Position numbers and translations under genes: made by a program. Below the pieces are notes generated by a model that was given only the letters and a program-made list of their open reading frames with translations, was not told the DNA's origin and searched no databases. Of a DNA stretch of 64,000 nt, positions 50,879 through 64,000 are shown piece after piece (the stretch's first letter is position 1; every line of letters starts with the position of its first letter). Origin of the DNA: Lama guanicoe (taxonomy: Eukaryota); assembly GCA_013239625.1 (NCBI GenBank), contig MU053881.1:5167957-5231956 (forward strand). Direction: 5' to 3'.

Positions 50879-52427
50879 CCTGCCCTTGTGGAGATCTGAG
50901 TCTCTCCAAGGAGGAGAAGACACACAGATGGATAGACAGTCACAGCAGGGGCCAACAGTAACAGAGACCACATTAGGCATCAGTACCAGGAAGGCTATTA
51001 GGCCAGGAGGAGACCCCAGACTCAGCCGGGAGCTGAGGGGCAGGGGGGTGATGCCCACAGGGCCAGATCTTCAGGGAGCAGAGGGAGTATTCCAGGCTGA
51101 GGCCGAGGGAACACCAGGGGCAGAGGTGGAGGAAGCTGGACTCGGGGAGGGTAAGTACTATGGCAGGTGAGGCACAGGGCACCTGAGGTTGGGGAGACAC
51201 TGTTTTGCAGTGGGGATTGGGAGGGTGCCGTTGAAGTCACAGGGACCAGACGGCAAGGCCCTGAATGCCAGTCCAAGAGGCTCAGAGCGCACAGCATAGG
51301 GGAAAGGGAGCCACATGGGGGCTTCCTGCAGAGCAGGCCCCGGAGACAGCGAGGAGGGTGGACACAGAGCCAGGCTGCGGGCCATCCCTGGAACCACTGG
51401 GAAAAAAGCAAGGGCCCACTGGAGAGCAATACCAGCAAGACAGAAATCAAACCAGTGGGGGAGATACCACTCAGGAGAGGCCGAGGACTGCGGAGCCTGC
51501 ATCCTCCATGCACACTGCACTGCGGCCTTGTACCAGCCACCCGACTCGGGGCTGCAGCCTCCTCCTGTGTCCACCCGGCCGGATCCTCTCCAAGATCCCC
51601 ACAGCTGGCAACTCTCCGGGAAACATTAAATATGACCACAGATCAAAAGCCCTTCTGAGCACCGAAGACCACAAGCCATCCTTATTTGATTATTTTTATC
51701 TCCCCTCCCATCGCTGTTGTTTGTCCAACCTTATCTCTCGATCAGACTTTCGTGACAAGATTGTCTTGGGAAATCCTAAGCAGATGCTCCTTCAGAGTGG
51801 CCTGGCGACGTCACTGAGGGCTAGGGCGGGGAGAAATACTGCTTTGTTACTATAAGGGGAAGTTTCCTGCAAAACCAGCTATATGTTAGGATAAAATGCA
51901 GCCAAGTTAGCAGCAAAATTTACATATTTGTTTAATCTTGATTATAGAATCCAGCTTCCTTTAAGGAATGAGGGATAAACACTATTTTTCCCCCTCTGAG
52001 GACAGAGTCCTGATGTGAGATAAAGAAAATCAGAGTGAAAAAGTTTCTAAGGGGATGTGTTAGTTACACAAATTGAAAATGCTTAAAATAAAAGACCAAC
52101 AAGAAGCCCTGTGCAAACTGTACACCAGCGTCTGCTTTTAGCTCAGCTCAGGGAAAGCGGCTTCTGCACGGAACAGAAAAATGTGGCCACGGCCTCGGAG
52201 AACATCTGAGTTCAGAGATGTCAACGGAAAACCTGAACTTTGTCATTTAAATTGCTGCAATAAACACTGGAGCCACATTACAGGAGTTTGTGAAGTAGGA
52301 GAAAAATTCTCATATCCCCAACATCACACCTTAACTAACATCACATTTTTTTATTGTTCCTGCCTGGCTCTTACCCTTGGAAGAACCACTGGCTGTGCCC
52401 TCACTACTTGCCTTGTGCTGAATCAGC

Positions 52428-52428
<1 letters not shown>

Positions 52429-52490
<62 letters not shown>

Positions 52491-52655
52491 TCATGGAAGT
52501 ACAGTTGGTTTACAACATGTCAATTTCTGGTGTACAGCATGATGTTTCATGATGTTACTACAAGCTACTGAATATAGTTCCCTGCGATGTTCGGTAGGAC
52601 CTTGTTGTTTATCTATGTTATATATATAGTAGTTTGTATCTGCAAATACCGAAAT
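52429..52655 (-). mobile_element. Artiodactyl-type L1 3' end whose tail has become (TTTC)n (52429-52492)
   Basis: ctgaatatagttccctg...taggaccttgttgtttatcta; perfect tetranucleotide run. Confidence 0.8.
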
Positions 52656-55074
52656 GCCATCCTGGATGTTTTCAATACGTGATTATGGTTAATTCACAAA
52701 GCAAATCTTTACCTACAGGATTACTGCCTCCATTTTCCAGAAAAAAGACACATCCTGCAGCTACAAGGAGCAGTGTTGAGATGTAAACCCAGCTCTGTCT
52801 GACCCCAAACTGGAGCTCTTTCCTCCTGGCCCACCTTTTTCCCCTAAGGAGCACGGGAGTGCTAAGCATTAAGTAGGGCTGAGTACCTTTTCTGACTTCG
52901 TTGCAATCAGAGCACACATTGTTTGGCTTCCTGCCTTTTCTTTTCTAACATCACATAAAAAACATTTTTCCCATGGCTTATGTTTGTGACTGCAGAATGT
53001 TCCACTGAGGGCCAAAATGTCCCCTGCTGTTCCCCTCCTGGTGATCACTTCAGCTGCTCCCCCAAATGGCTGAGTCCATGGGCACAGAGGTTCCCCACTG
53101 CTGGCGCCAGGGCTAGATTCAAAAGGACACTCTGTCACTGGTGAGAAAACCTTCTGCCGGGAAGAGGCCCCCACACCCCTCTCTCCCATGCAAGGCTGGG
53201 TCCCCGCTGGCCTTGTTGGGGTGCTGCCTCTGGCCAGTGAGCCCCCTCCTCTCTGGCCAGGAACGGGCCCCGGGAACTCTAAGAACAAGGCAGGGGGCGG
53301 GGGTTTCTGTGCAGTGGGAGTGAGGGGAGACCTCTGTGGTCCCTTCTTGTGCAGAGGAGGGAGGAGACATCCTGGCCCACCCCCTGTGGTTAACCAAAGT
53401 CTGCTCCTGCCCCACCAAGACCAGAGGGGAGGGTCTTTCCAGCGCTTAGTGAAGGCAGCAATGCCCCAACGTGAAAACGTACGGGTAGAGATCCTGGGGA
53501 GTGGGTGATGAGTGGCTGTGGGTAGTTACGAAGCGGGGGTTCTGCTCTGGCTAGACAAATGCTGCCACCTCCAGCCTTGGGCTAGTCCTTTGGGAAGGTA
53601 GGGGCACATAAGAGATGCTCCGGAGGCGGCTCGGTGGTTTACTTGTATCCGTGCTTCCGAACCCCCTCATGGGCTCTGGGTTCAAGTCCGTGCCTTGCTG
53701 CCCATTTGTCTGTGGGCCTTTGGGCAAGTCACCATCTGCAAACGGTGCGTGATCTCAGACTCCGCCTCAGGCTGCTGGGAGGGGCGATGAGAGCACAGTG
53801 GGATCTGAGCACACATCCCAGCACCCGGTGGACGCTCACTGAACCTTCATTCCCTCCACTACGGGGAACATCAGGTCCGACCTCGGGGTAAGCCCCCCTC
53901 ACCTCCATTTCGCCCGTGTTTTTATTTCCTAAATCTCAGTTTGAGAGGCGGTTAAAAAGAGGACAGGCTTGGAGTCAGACAGATGGGGGTTTCAATTCTG
54001 GTTTTGTTGTTCCATAGCTGTGTGATCTGTGGTAGACGCTTAACTTCTCTGGGCCCCCCAGCCAGACCTAGAAAACTGTTAAGAATCATCTCCAACCTGC
54101 ACAACTGCTGTGAGGACGAACGAGCCCAGAGTAGGCACCTAGTAGGTGTTCACTTAAGATTGGTCCCTCCCTTCAGTTGCCTTATTTAGTTCCTTTGATG
54201 AGAAAAGTTTTATTCCTGGGTCAGAGATGGTTTCTTAGGGGTCTGGGGTATACATCCTGAACCATTTCTCCCATGGAGGGCTGGCGACCTTGGCCAGGAA
54301 AAGCCTCTCGAAACCCTGGGGTCGCTTTCCCTGGGTGTCCAAGGACAGAGACCTATTTTTAAGCCACGCCGGCAGCATCCCAAATGTGCACTGCGCCACC
54401 CCCTGAATGATGCCCGCTCATCGCCCCAACCCAGCTTTTCCTTTGATCTAAAAAGAGCCCAAGGAAATGGCATTTACCGCCAGGAGGATGGCAGGAAGCA
54501 ACAGCTCGGCTTCTCTGGCCGCCGGGAGTTTGGCTTCCAGCGTGCTGGCATTCAGCAGATGGCATTCTGGCTGAAATTGCCAGCAGATTCCGCTCCACCG
54601 GGAAAGGGAGTTGCCAAGCGGGAGGACAGTCTCTTCTGTCCCCTCCTCTCATAAGAGGATTTAACTAGCCTTTTACTGGGCCCCTGTTATATGCCAGCAT
54701 GGGCTTTTGTGTATTGAGTTTACAGCCTTAAACAACCCTGCAGGGTCGGCTTACCGCCTTTGTTTTTCAGATGAGGAAACCAAGGCAGCAAAGCTGGGCA
54801 GTGGCAGGACAGGGCCAGGCTCAAGCCCTTCCTCCCACACCTGACGCCCCCTCTCTCTCCAAGGCAGCCACCTGTGGCCTTTGGGGTAGGGCTTGTGGGC
54901 CTTGTTAAGTGGGACGAACGCTATACCAGCCTCTCTCCCCACCACACGCCACTCACACGCTCTGATGTACAACTTCGGGGGCTTCCCAAACCCACACAGC
55001 ATCCAGCCTGGGGCTGGGGACCTCCAATGAGAAGTCTCTGATTCAAGCGACAGCAGGAGGAAGCAACATGAGGG

Positions 55075-55098
55075 GTGTGTGTGTGTGTGTGTGTGTGT
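55075..55098. repeat. (GT)12 microsatellite
   Basis: Directly visible. Confidence 0.95.
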
Positions 55099-58000
55099 AC
55101 ATGTGTGTACGCACACCCATGTGCTTTTGAGAGGAAAAGGAAGGCTGATATTTGGCGAGGCTTCCTGCCACCCAAAGCGGGACAAGGATACTGGTCTCCT
55201 TTGGTAACAGACAGCACCTTTTCTATTGGTGGGTTTGAAAGTGGGCTAGAAAATAAATAACCACCCCTCCCTCACCGCTGCCAAACAGGGCAGTGGCACG
55301 CGCCCAGGAGGCAGACACCAGCCTGACGGGACTTTGTGCTCTGTTTCAGAGGCCTGGCTGGCCAGCACCCGGGATGGAAAGGGCCAGCCCACACTGGAAA
55401 CCACCACCCTGCTCCTGCCCACTTCTGTTCTTTGCAAACAGAACCCGGTCACCACAAGGCAGTTGGAAAGGCCCCACACGCCTGTCAACAGCTGCGAGGA
55501 GGCCCGGGAGGGAGGCCGGAGGTCACGCGACACTGCTCGTTGGGAGAAAAGCCCGCTCTTTCCAGGCCTAAGCGGCAGCCCTCCTGGCTCAAGTGGGCTT
55601 GGATGCGCTGAGTTCCCAGGAGGTGAGGTCATCCCGACGCCCCCCTAAGTGTGTTCAGCAGCGTGGGGATTCCCAAGCTGGCTCCGGCCCCCTGCTGGGC
55701 CCCTCGGCCACCTCGGCCACCTCTTCTTGATAAAAGGACCCAGGACACTCCAGCTTCAGAGGCACCGGCTCCCAGGGTTAGGGCCCCACTGCTGCAGAGG
55801 AGGGGGGAATCGTGCCCTCATTCTTTCTCGAGTGCATCACTTCCTCCTCCATCTGGCATTTACGGAGCGTCCGCTCTATGCCAGGGCTGCACTGGCTGCA
55901 GGACCACATGCACTGACGAGTCACACACAGTCCCCGTCCCCTAGAGCTGAGAGACCAGCAGGGGGATGGACACGGACACCATGACTGCACAGCGCGGACA
56001 GCACAGAGGGTGGGGCCACGGGGATGCTTCTCAGAGAGCCCACTCTGCAGCCTGAGAGAGAGGTGGCTGGGAAGACGATAAAAGACAGGGAACTGTGTTT
56101 TCAGGTAGAGGGAGCGGCACAGGCAGTTGGAGGTGAGAACAAGCTGAGGGCACTTGCGAAACTGCAGGGAATAGAGTGTAGAAGGGAGAGGGAAGGGTAG
56201 AGAGGGAGTCAGGGGCTGTATCATAAGGGTCTTAAAGGCTGAGCAGAGGAGGTGAAGGTCCTCAAGAAGGCTCTGGGGGCCACTGAAGTGTTTGGAGCAG
56301 GGAAGGAACCCCTGATGATCCATCTCTCCAAAGACTGAGATTCAAGTCCTGGGTCTTCCCATTGAAACCATCCGTTTCTCTCTTCCCTGCCTGTCAGAAT
56401 GACCCAGCACAGCAGGAGTGGGCAAACCAGTCCAGGTTTCAAACGTTGCTTCCAACGGCTGGCACAGTCCTGCCCCTCAGCACCTGCTTCTCCTCCAGGC
56501 AGCTTCTGGCAGCTGCTTGCTGATAAGCCAGCTGATCTGCCAGCTTTCTCCTTCTCTCTGCCCTGAAAGCAGCCACTCCTCTAGCCTAGGTGGTGCCCAG
56601 AAGCCTGGCTGTTCACTAACTTCCGCCCCAGAGGGGCATCTGCAGGGCCCCTGTCCTGACTTTTTGGAAAAAATAGATCCACTGATCCTGCTTTTCAGGG
56701 TCAAAAGCAGTGCTGGGTTCACTCATTGAACATCACTGTTCTCACTCCTGGAGCGGAGGAAATGTTCTTCCCACGCCCCACGCTGGGCAGTGTTGGGGCC
56801 CCCGAGGCATGGGAGCCTAGCTCTGTGGCACTCCCAGCGTGTGCCAGGGGCTCACTCAGCCCATCCTCTCATGGCCACACCCTGCTAGGTGGCTGCCACA
56901 GGAGGAAGCTGAGGCCCAGAGAGGCAGAGGCCCCGGCCTGAGGCTGCCCAGCCTGTGAGGGCAGTGCCTGTATCCCAGCCTGATCCTGTCTGACCGTGAA
57001 GGTTGCTCCCTTCCTGTTTTACACCTCATTCCTCCTCAAGGTCTCCTGCTTACCCCCTGCCCTGCAAGGGAAAAAAAACTAGACTATGTACAAGATGCTT
57101 AAGCCACCCTCTGGGAAAGAGGTGGAGTGAGGCCCGGCGTGGCCTCAGGGCGGGGCAGGGGTGGGAGTGCATGTCATCAAATAGCCTATTTTGAGCAACT
57201 CAAAAGCCGGGTTTGGTGGAACTTGGGACAAACAATAAGCAGCATCTAAAAAAGGGAAGTGGTGACAAATTACAGCAGGAGGATAGAGCCCCAGAGCCTA
57301 ACATTACTACATTCTGAGAAGGGAGTAGGGGGTGGGGCATGATCAGAGAGGCAGACCTCCCGGGGGCCATGCAGAGCCTGCGACTGGCCCTCTACCCAAC
57401 CAGACTGCCTGGGATCCTCCTGACAGCGCTGAAGCTACCAGACCCACTGCGCGTGAGGACTGGAGGCTCAGAGAGGTTGGGAGAGCTGCCCAAGGCCACA
57501 CAGCCAGGAAGTGATGGAGTTGGCACTTGAACCCATACCAGCCTGGCTCCCAAGGCTAGGAAAAAGATGCTTATGGGTGCTTTTGGCAACGTGTAGAAGT
57601 TCTCCCTATGGGGAAAGAACAGAGCACAATGCTTGGCACACAGTAGGCCCTCAGTTAAGCTCAGTTCTTTCCCTGTCATGTTTGGCTCCGAGGCTCACAG
57701 AGAAGTGACCCTGAAGGATGCCCCTTCTGCTCAGCTTCCTTCTCCAAAGATCCACCTTTCTCCTTCATCTCCCCTTCATCTGTCAGGTGGCCTTCCTTCA
57801 AATGCCCAAGGGCTCCTGAAAGCTGGTGAGTGTGGACTGAGGACTCCTGCACGGGCTTCAGCCCCCTGACCCAAGAGGTGAAGGATAAATGTTGGAATGC
57901 AAACTCTGGAGCCCAGATAAGAATCTCCATTCCATATGTCCTAAGCTCCGATGATCTGAGAGTTGTTGGCCCACTGGGGCCTCGCTACAGCCCTATGAGC

Positions 58001-61000
58001 CCATTTCACAGATGAGGACATCAAGCCCAGGTGAGGTGGGCTGGGCCCAAGGCCACAGTGCAGGTAAACAGCTGGGTCCGGATTCCACTCAGGTCTGAAT
58101 CCAAAGCCCATGCATGATTTTGCCCATTATGTGGAATTGCTTCTCTAGCCAACCAGTGGGGACTTTAGGAATCCATCGTAGGGACTTGAGAAGTGCGACA
58201 CAGCAGGACTGTTTGGTCCTATTGCTTATCTCCCCTTCATCAATTTCAGGAGCATGGATTCCTTGCCTTCAAGGAATCCAAAGTCATCTCTGGCAAAGAG
58301 TGAGGTATGCCCACTCATGCAGTCCCTGTCTAATGCTGTTTCAGACTTCTCATAGAGTCTCCTCCTTATCCGAATCACAACTTCATGAGGGAGGTACCAT
58401 CATTATCCCCATACTGATGATGGGAAATGAAGGTTCAGAGAAGGGAAGTGACTCGCCCAGGGTCACACAGCTTAGAGATAGAAGAACTAAGATTTGAAAA
58501 CGAGACTGCTTCCAAAACCACTGCTCTTCCCACTGCCTCTCTTAGGATTCCAGCCAAAGACCCCATCTGTAATCTCTGTGCGACCCTCTTCATGGCTCTG
58601 GGTCTCGGTGTCCTGATCTGCCACGTGGAAGATGAGAGACGTGGTGATTCCAAGCACTCTCTGGTCCTGGGAACAGAGTCCTTGAGGACCCGTCTGTAAG
58701 AATGAAGGTCAGCCCCATCCCCGGAGACAGGGAAATTCCGCTCTCCCATCGCCTGCCCTTGAATCACCCAGCATCTTACGGGGAAGGGAAGCTCTTCTGA
58801 TGGGTGAAGATGCACTCCTGCAGAGTGGAAAGTTACCAAGCAGACCTGGCTTTGGAGACCCAGGGCATGCAGGTGCCCACCCATCTCATAAATCCATCGT
58901 CCTTGGGGAAAAGGAAAGAAAACACATGCCTGAGGGATGTAATTATGACATAAACAATGTATAATGTTGAGGATGTAAACAGAACACATTTGTTAACGGC
59001 TGTAGGCATTCTGCTCTCTGCCAGCACTGCCCCGGACACCCCCACCCCACCCCTATCCCCATATGGTTTACTCATTAACAAACCTTTCCCCCTCGGCCCA
59101 GAGGTGAGGCAAGAGGCCAGCTCTGAGCTGCCCTGAGTCCTGGTAATAAGAAGAATGAAGTGGAAGGGAGGAGAGTGGGCTGAGACTGACATACAAGAAT
59201 GGCCATTCCGAATTCCACTCAGAAACACCTGCTGCTGAGTCTGAAAAAGTGCTGAGGGTGGGAGGTCACAGGGTAGGGAAGAGACCTGGGTGGGGGCAGG
59301 TGGCTTTGTCTTTCTGTGCCTCAGTTTCCTGATCTGTAAAATGGGGCTACACCTCCCAACATGCAGAACAGGCAGGGGGATCATATAAGAGAAAGCTTAT
59401 GAAGGGCCCTCCAGGCACTTCCTATAAGACCCCAGGGTAAAAATGCACCTTAATGGACAATTCATCCTGGATCCATCTGATACTCCAGTTGCCTCTACAA
59501 TGTTCATGTCAAGTCTCAACTGGGCTAAACACCAGTGCCACTCCAGCAAAGGGCACTTCCTCCCGCTCTGCCCTCATTCTATGCCCAGATAGCTTCCACA
59601 GTTAGAAAGTTCTTCCTTTGACTGAGCTAACTCTTATGTGACGTCCATGCATGTCTGGTCATGTCTGTGTTTGGTTCCACAGTGCTCTACCTGCCCCAGC
59701 TCATGGATCTGCAGGCAGCTTTCAGGTTCCAGGGGTCCCCAGGCTATGTTGCTGGGGCTCCTTTGCCCTTCTGGGATTGACATGGCCCTCGCTTTGCTTT
59801 CCAGAAAACCCTCAGGACATCAGCCGTCCCTTAGACTGCCTTGGAAGGGGGATGGAGACCTACACACCAGACTCTGGGGATATCAGCACGCAGTGAATCC
59901 ATAAGCCACCTGGAGCGTGCCCCGACCCTGCCATTCCTAGAGGTGGGGTGTGAGACAAACAACTAAAGAAATAGGTAGGTAACTAAAAGCAAACCTGCCA
60001 GGCAAATCTAAATGCTCACAGGTGTCTGCTCAATACTATGAAGGCTTCCAGGACAAATGTGAAATGCCCTTCACCTGACCTCCTGCCCCAAGCCGGCAGT
60101 CATCCATCCCACATCAACATCCCTCCCTTCTAGGTGGAATGCAAGCTGTGTGCCCTTAAGCAAGTTACTTTCCCTCTCTGTTCTCTCAACAGTTATAAGA
60201 GACTAAAAATAGTAGCTGTCTCACAGGGCTTGTCCTGAGGGCTGAATGCAGGTACCTGCTGAGAACAGTGTCTGGCACAGACTGCCTGCGAGATACAAGC
60301 TAGTGGTTATTATCATTCTTTTGTGTCTGTCTCCCTTGGGAGCGCCAGGCTCATCAGGGAGCAGGGGCTTGTTTGCCTAGTGAATACGTAATCATAACAG
60401 GTGCCCCTGTGAGCACTCACTATCTGTCAGACGCCTTGCAGGCCTGAGATGTAACATCATTATCTCCTTTCTGCAGAGAAGGGAATCAAAGCTCAGAGAG
60501 GTCAAGTCGCTTGTCTGGATGATAAGGGGCGGGGCCAAGACTCAGACCCAGGGATGGAGGGCCCAGCCTGGGCTGTCACCAACTCTGCTAATAATGACAG
60601 CACAGCAGGGAGAAAAGATGCTCCTCATCTGCAGGAAAGCCTGGGTGCGGGGCGACAAAGGGCAGGTGCAGCCTGGCCTCACGCCCTTGCAGACCCTCTG
60701 GTAGGGGCGCCTGGGGCTCTGGGTGGGACAGGACTTCGAGCAACAGGCTCAAGGGAAAGGATGTGGGTGCACGGTGACTCTCCCTATTGGAAGGGTGGGG
60801 GTAGCCGAGCATGGGCCAGCTTTTACTAGGCAGACATGTCAGGAGCCTGAGCCCTAGTCGAACAGGAGGAAGGGGTGTGGAGTTCTAGCTCACCCCTTCT
60901 CCAGGGCAGGATCCCCAGAGGCCACTTCCACCTTTTTAGAGTCTCCAGGCCTGGGGTGAGGTGGGTGGGGTTGGGGGAGGGACATCTTCCACGGGCTGCT

Positions 61001-64000
61001 TTATTCTGGCAGCTGGGAACAGAAGTGAGTCACCTTCCCAGGACAAGAGGGTGACAAGGTGCGCCTACCGGAAGGATAGCTGGGGGGAGGGAGCCTCAGG
61101 AGCTCAGGATGAGGACACAGGGCAGCAGCCCCGAGAGGCCCCAGGAGGTCGGAGAAGGGGCTTTGGGGTCAGGGAGGCTTGGGATCAAATTCTGCTCTGC
61201 CGCTTCCTAGCCACCTGACCCAAGGCAGGTCTCATGACCCCTCGGAGCTCAGTTTCTTCATCTGCGAAGTGGGAGACTACTTCTGGAAGGCTCATCCTGA
61301 TTATCTGTATGGGATGAAACAGACCAAAGGTCTGTCCTGGGGCAGGCGTGCCGCAGCTCTGACCACAACCTACCGTGTGCAGGTCCCCTTCCCTTTCCCT
61401 CCCTGCTTTAAGCTCTCACCACACACCTGGCTTCTAGGCTTCTATTTTAAGCTCTCACAGAGCACCACTAAGTACAGAGAACCTTTTGGTCCAAAAGAGG
61501 GCATAGCTGACTCTTCTTGTCCACAGAGAAGATTAAACAGCCTGTTCTGAGCAGCCCTCACGGCCCGGCCCAGCAAACACAGCACATCATCCCGGCAGGG
61601 AGTGTGGCAGCTGAGAACGCTGTCTCCTGATGGCAGGCTGACCTGCAAGAAGCCCCTCTTCCTGTGACCTGATCTCTACCCACTGTCCTGACCTCCTATG
61701 CCACCCCCATTTGCACTGGGACCACCCACACACACCAGAACTCCGCAGCTCCCCGCAACATGCCCTGTTCTCCTTTCTCCTCAGGCTGCTGCATGTCAAA
61801 CCCTCTGCCTTGAACAGCCTTCCCCATTCCCTTGTGGCTAACTTGTCTACTTTCTGGTCTCAGCTGGACAGCACCTCCTCCAGGAAGCCTTCCCTGCATC
61901 CTCCTCTGGGCTCCCCCTCCCCTACTTACTGTAACTGCCCTGTCCTTGTTGGTCTCTTCCACTAGACCTGGAGGTTTGGTAAGCCAGTGCAAACTGCAAA
62001 ATGCAACCTGCCAGGCAGATTCTTCTCATCGGAGATCAGGTGTCCTGGACAGGGCTCAAGGGACCCTCGGGAACTGCTGTCAGTGCTATGTCAGTGCCTC
62101 CCAGTCCAGTCCCTCAGCCTGAAGCTCACAGTCACCTAGGTAGGGCTTTCAAGGCAGGGAGTGAAGGGCGCTTGTCAGCCAGCCCCGTCCGGGGACTGCA
62201 GGGGCAGGCCTGAGGCTTCTTGCCACGGTGGCAACAGTAACCACCCCAGTGGCCGCCCTGGGCACTGCGCTAAAGCCTCGGCCTGCTCTATTCCATTTAA
62301 CGCTCACCCCCGCCAGCCGTGAGGAAGCTACCCATTCTCCCCAGTCACAGTGAGGAGACCCAGGCACCGAGAGGGAAGTCCCTGCTGAACATCACCCCAC
62401 GGGAAGTGGCCGAGCTGAGATCTGACCCCAGGCAGCCTGGCTACAAGGTGAGTGTCTAGACTCGGACACCAGACCTCTCTCCACTGTAGACCAGTGAGCG
62501 GTCTGCTCACAACTCCTAATTAACCACGGCCACCCGTGGAGAGAAACCCATCTGACACCGTGACCCACGGCCCACGCACGCGCACGCACACAGGCACAAC
62601 GGACACAAAGTTGCAGAGGCAAAAAGAGTCTCCCTACATGAATGCACTCGAAATTTTATTTTTCATTCTATGTCATTAAAGATTTTTTTAAAAAGCTGGT
62701 CACACACAGCCTACATGGGACAGACCACTTGATCTGGTGGCCAGGCCTTGTTTGGGGCGCTGGGCACTGGCCCCTCCCTCTCTGAGGCACGGGGTAGCAG
62801 CACCGTGTGCTCGGCAGTGATGTAACCAGCTATTTGGCCCGCTCTGCAGAGCGTTCTATTCCTTTCCCTTCAGCTTCGCGGGGGCTGCCGGCGGCTGTCC
62901 ATCCCATTCATGGCTGAACCCCAGTGCCCAACAGATGTCAGCTATATGAACGAGGGTGCACACTCCGGAAAATGCAGACAAGGCACACCCCAGGATCAGC
63001 CCAGCCCGGGTGCACAGCACTTAAGCAAAGAGCAGGCTGGCCTTGGGACAATGAGCTATAAAAGACTGTAAAGTCAGACAGAAAAAGATGATATTCCAGT
63101 GCAGGAGGCAGACATTCAGTTGGAATTTCTTTCAGGTATCACCTCCTCCAGGGAGCCTTCCTTACTCCCATAGCCCCAGAGCTCCTCCCTTCTTGCCAGG
63201 AGAGACAGAGAGGGGAGGAAGCAGAGGTGGGAGCAGGAAGAGAATAAAAACAGAGGGAGGTCCTAGTTCCTTCTGTTTTTACAGATTTTTTTCCACAGGT
63301 AACGTCTCCACATTTCCTATGTGCTGGACAGACCCACTGCCTCTTCTCACTTCCACTGATGGATAAGATGGCTCCTCCCTTGCACCCCAACCCCAGCCCC
63401 CAGCATCCTCACAGGCCATCACTAACGAGCCTTGACAAGTCAGGGTCCCTGACCATGTGCTGATAGCTTCATAGGTTTCAGGGCAGTTGGAGGAACCACT
63501 GTCACTTCGAGAGGCTCAGACTCAGGCCACTTGCTCAGATGGGAGGCTATCAGAGTGATTCTTCATGACCTGGTGGGAGGGAGGCAGCTGGGGCCAGATA
63601 AGGCAGGCAAGCCCAACCGAACTTTCTGCTGTGATTGGGTAAAGGAGGGAGGCGCAGGGAGAGGGGGATGTCACTGCTTAGGTCATCCATGCAGCCACCG
63701 TGGTGGCTGTAAGGGGAGTGACAAAGGCTGCTGTCCTCCCTAGAGCTGAGATAGTCCAGATCCAGGGAAAAGAGTGGCTGCCGGGCTCTTGGAGCATCAA
63801 CACCCACGGCCGGAGGGCGGCAGGTGGGTCCACCACCCAGCCGGCTCTGTTTCCAGGTCAGATAAAGGAAGAGGCTCTGCAGGGAGGGCATCTGGGTGGC
63901 CCGGGAGGAGCAGGTGCTTTTGGTCCGGACGCAACATTTGGAGACTGACCATCTAGGCCAGGAAGCCTGGTTCTCCCCCTCACACTGGTGTGCCTTGGTC

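Larger units (their letters stand above)
48309..64000 (-). other. NEURL1B: NEURL1B intron 1 (partial; exon 1 lies outside the window)
   Basis: No sequence encoding the recalled N-terminus MGNTVHRTLP was seen; repeat-rich non-coding DNA. Confidence 0.8.

Noticed and set aside
51022..51855. Overlapping 140-205 aa ORFs on both strands in intron 1
   Set aside because: GC-rich sequence with no recognisable homology and no coherent splice structure
1..64000. CRISPR array, operon or prokaryote-type defence system
   Set aside because: Sequence is clearly mammalian (spliced gene, SINE/LINE/LTR content); no regularly spaced repeat-spacer array was seen

Overview
Mammalian genomic DNA, most likely camelid: five tRNA-derived SINEs match the camelid vic-1 type. 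The only supported protein-coding gene is NEURL1B (Neuralized E3 ligase: NHR1-NHR2-RING) on the minus strand. Coding exons 2-5 lie at 47763-48308, 39224-39876 (interrupted by an assembly gap), 36920-37045 and 36379-36623. A ~4.5 kb 3'UTR ends at an AATAAA at 31933-31938, and exon 1 lies beyond the right edge. Bases 1-31900 are repeat-rich intergenic DNA (SINE, L1, MaLR/ERV LTR, MER2/MER20/MER5, MIR) with CTCF and AP-1/ETS/CRE motif clusters. Almost all other entries in the ORF track are spurious. I find no convincing new biological system. The best leads are: (1) the exon 4 donor is one G short, so canonical GT-AG splicing gives an immediate TGA and a RING-less protein (real allele or consensus error); (2) a tailless retrocopy of a 5' tRNA-Lys(CTT) half with a target-site duplication; (3) a ~150 bp templated copy replacing the end of a MER2; (4) a twin-primed inverted L1 with nested insertions; (5) a divergent CTCF arrangement. 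Repeat family names and comparisons with human come from recall, not from database searches.
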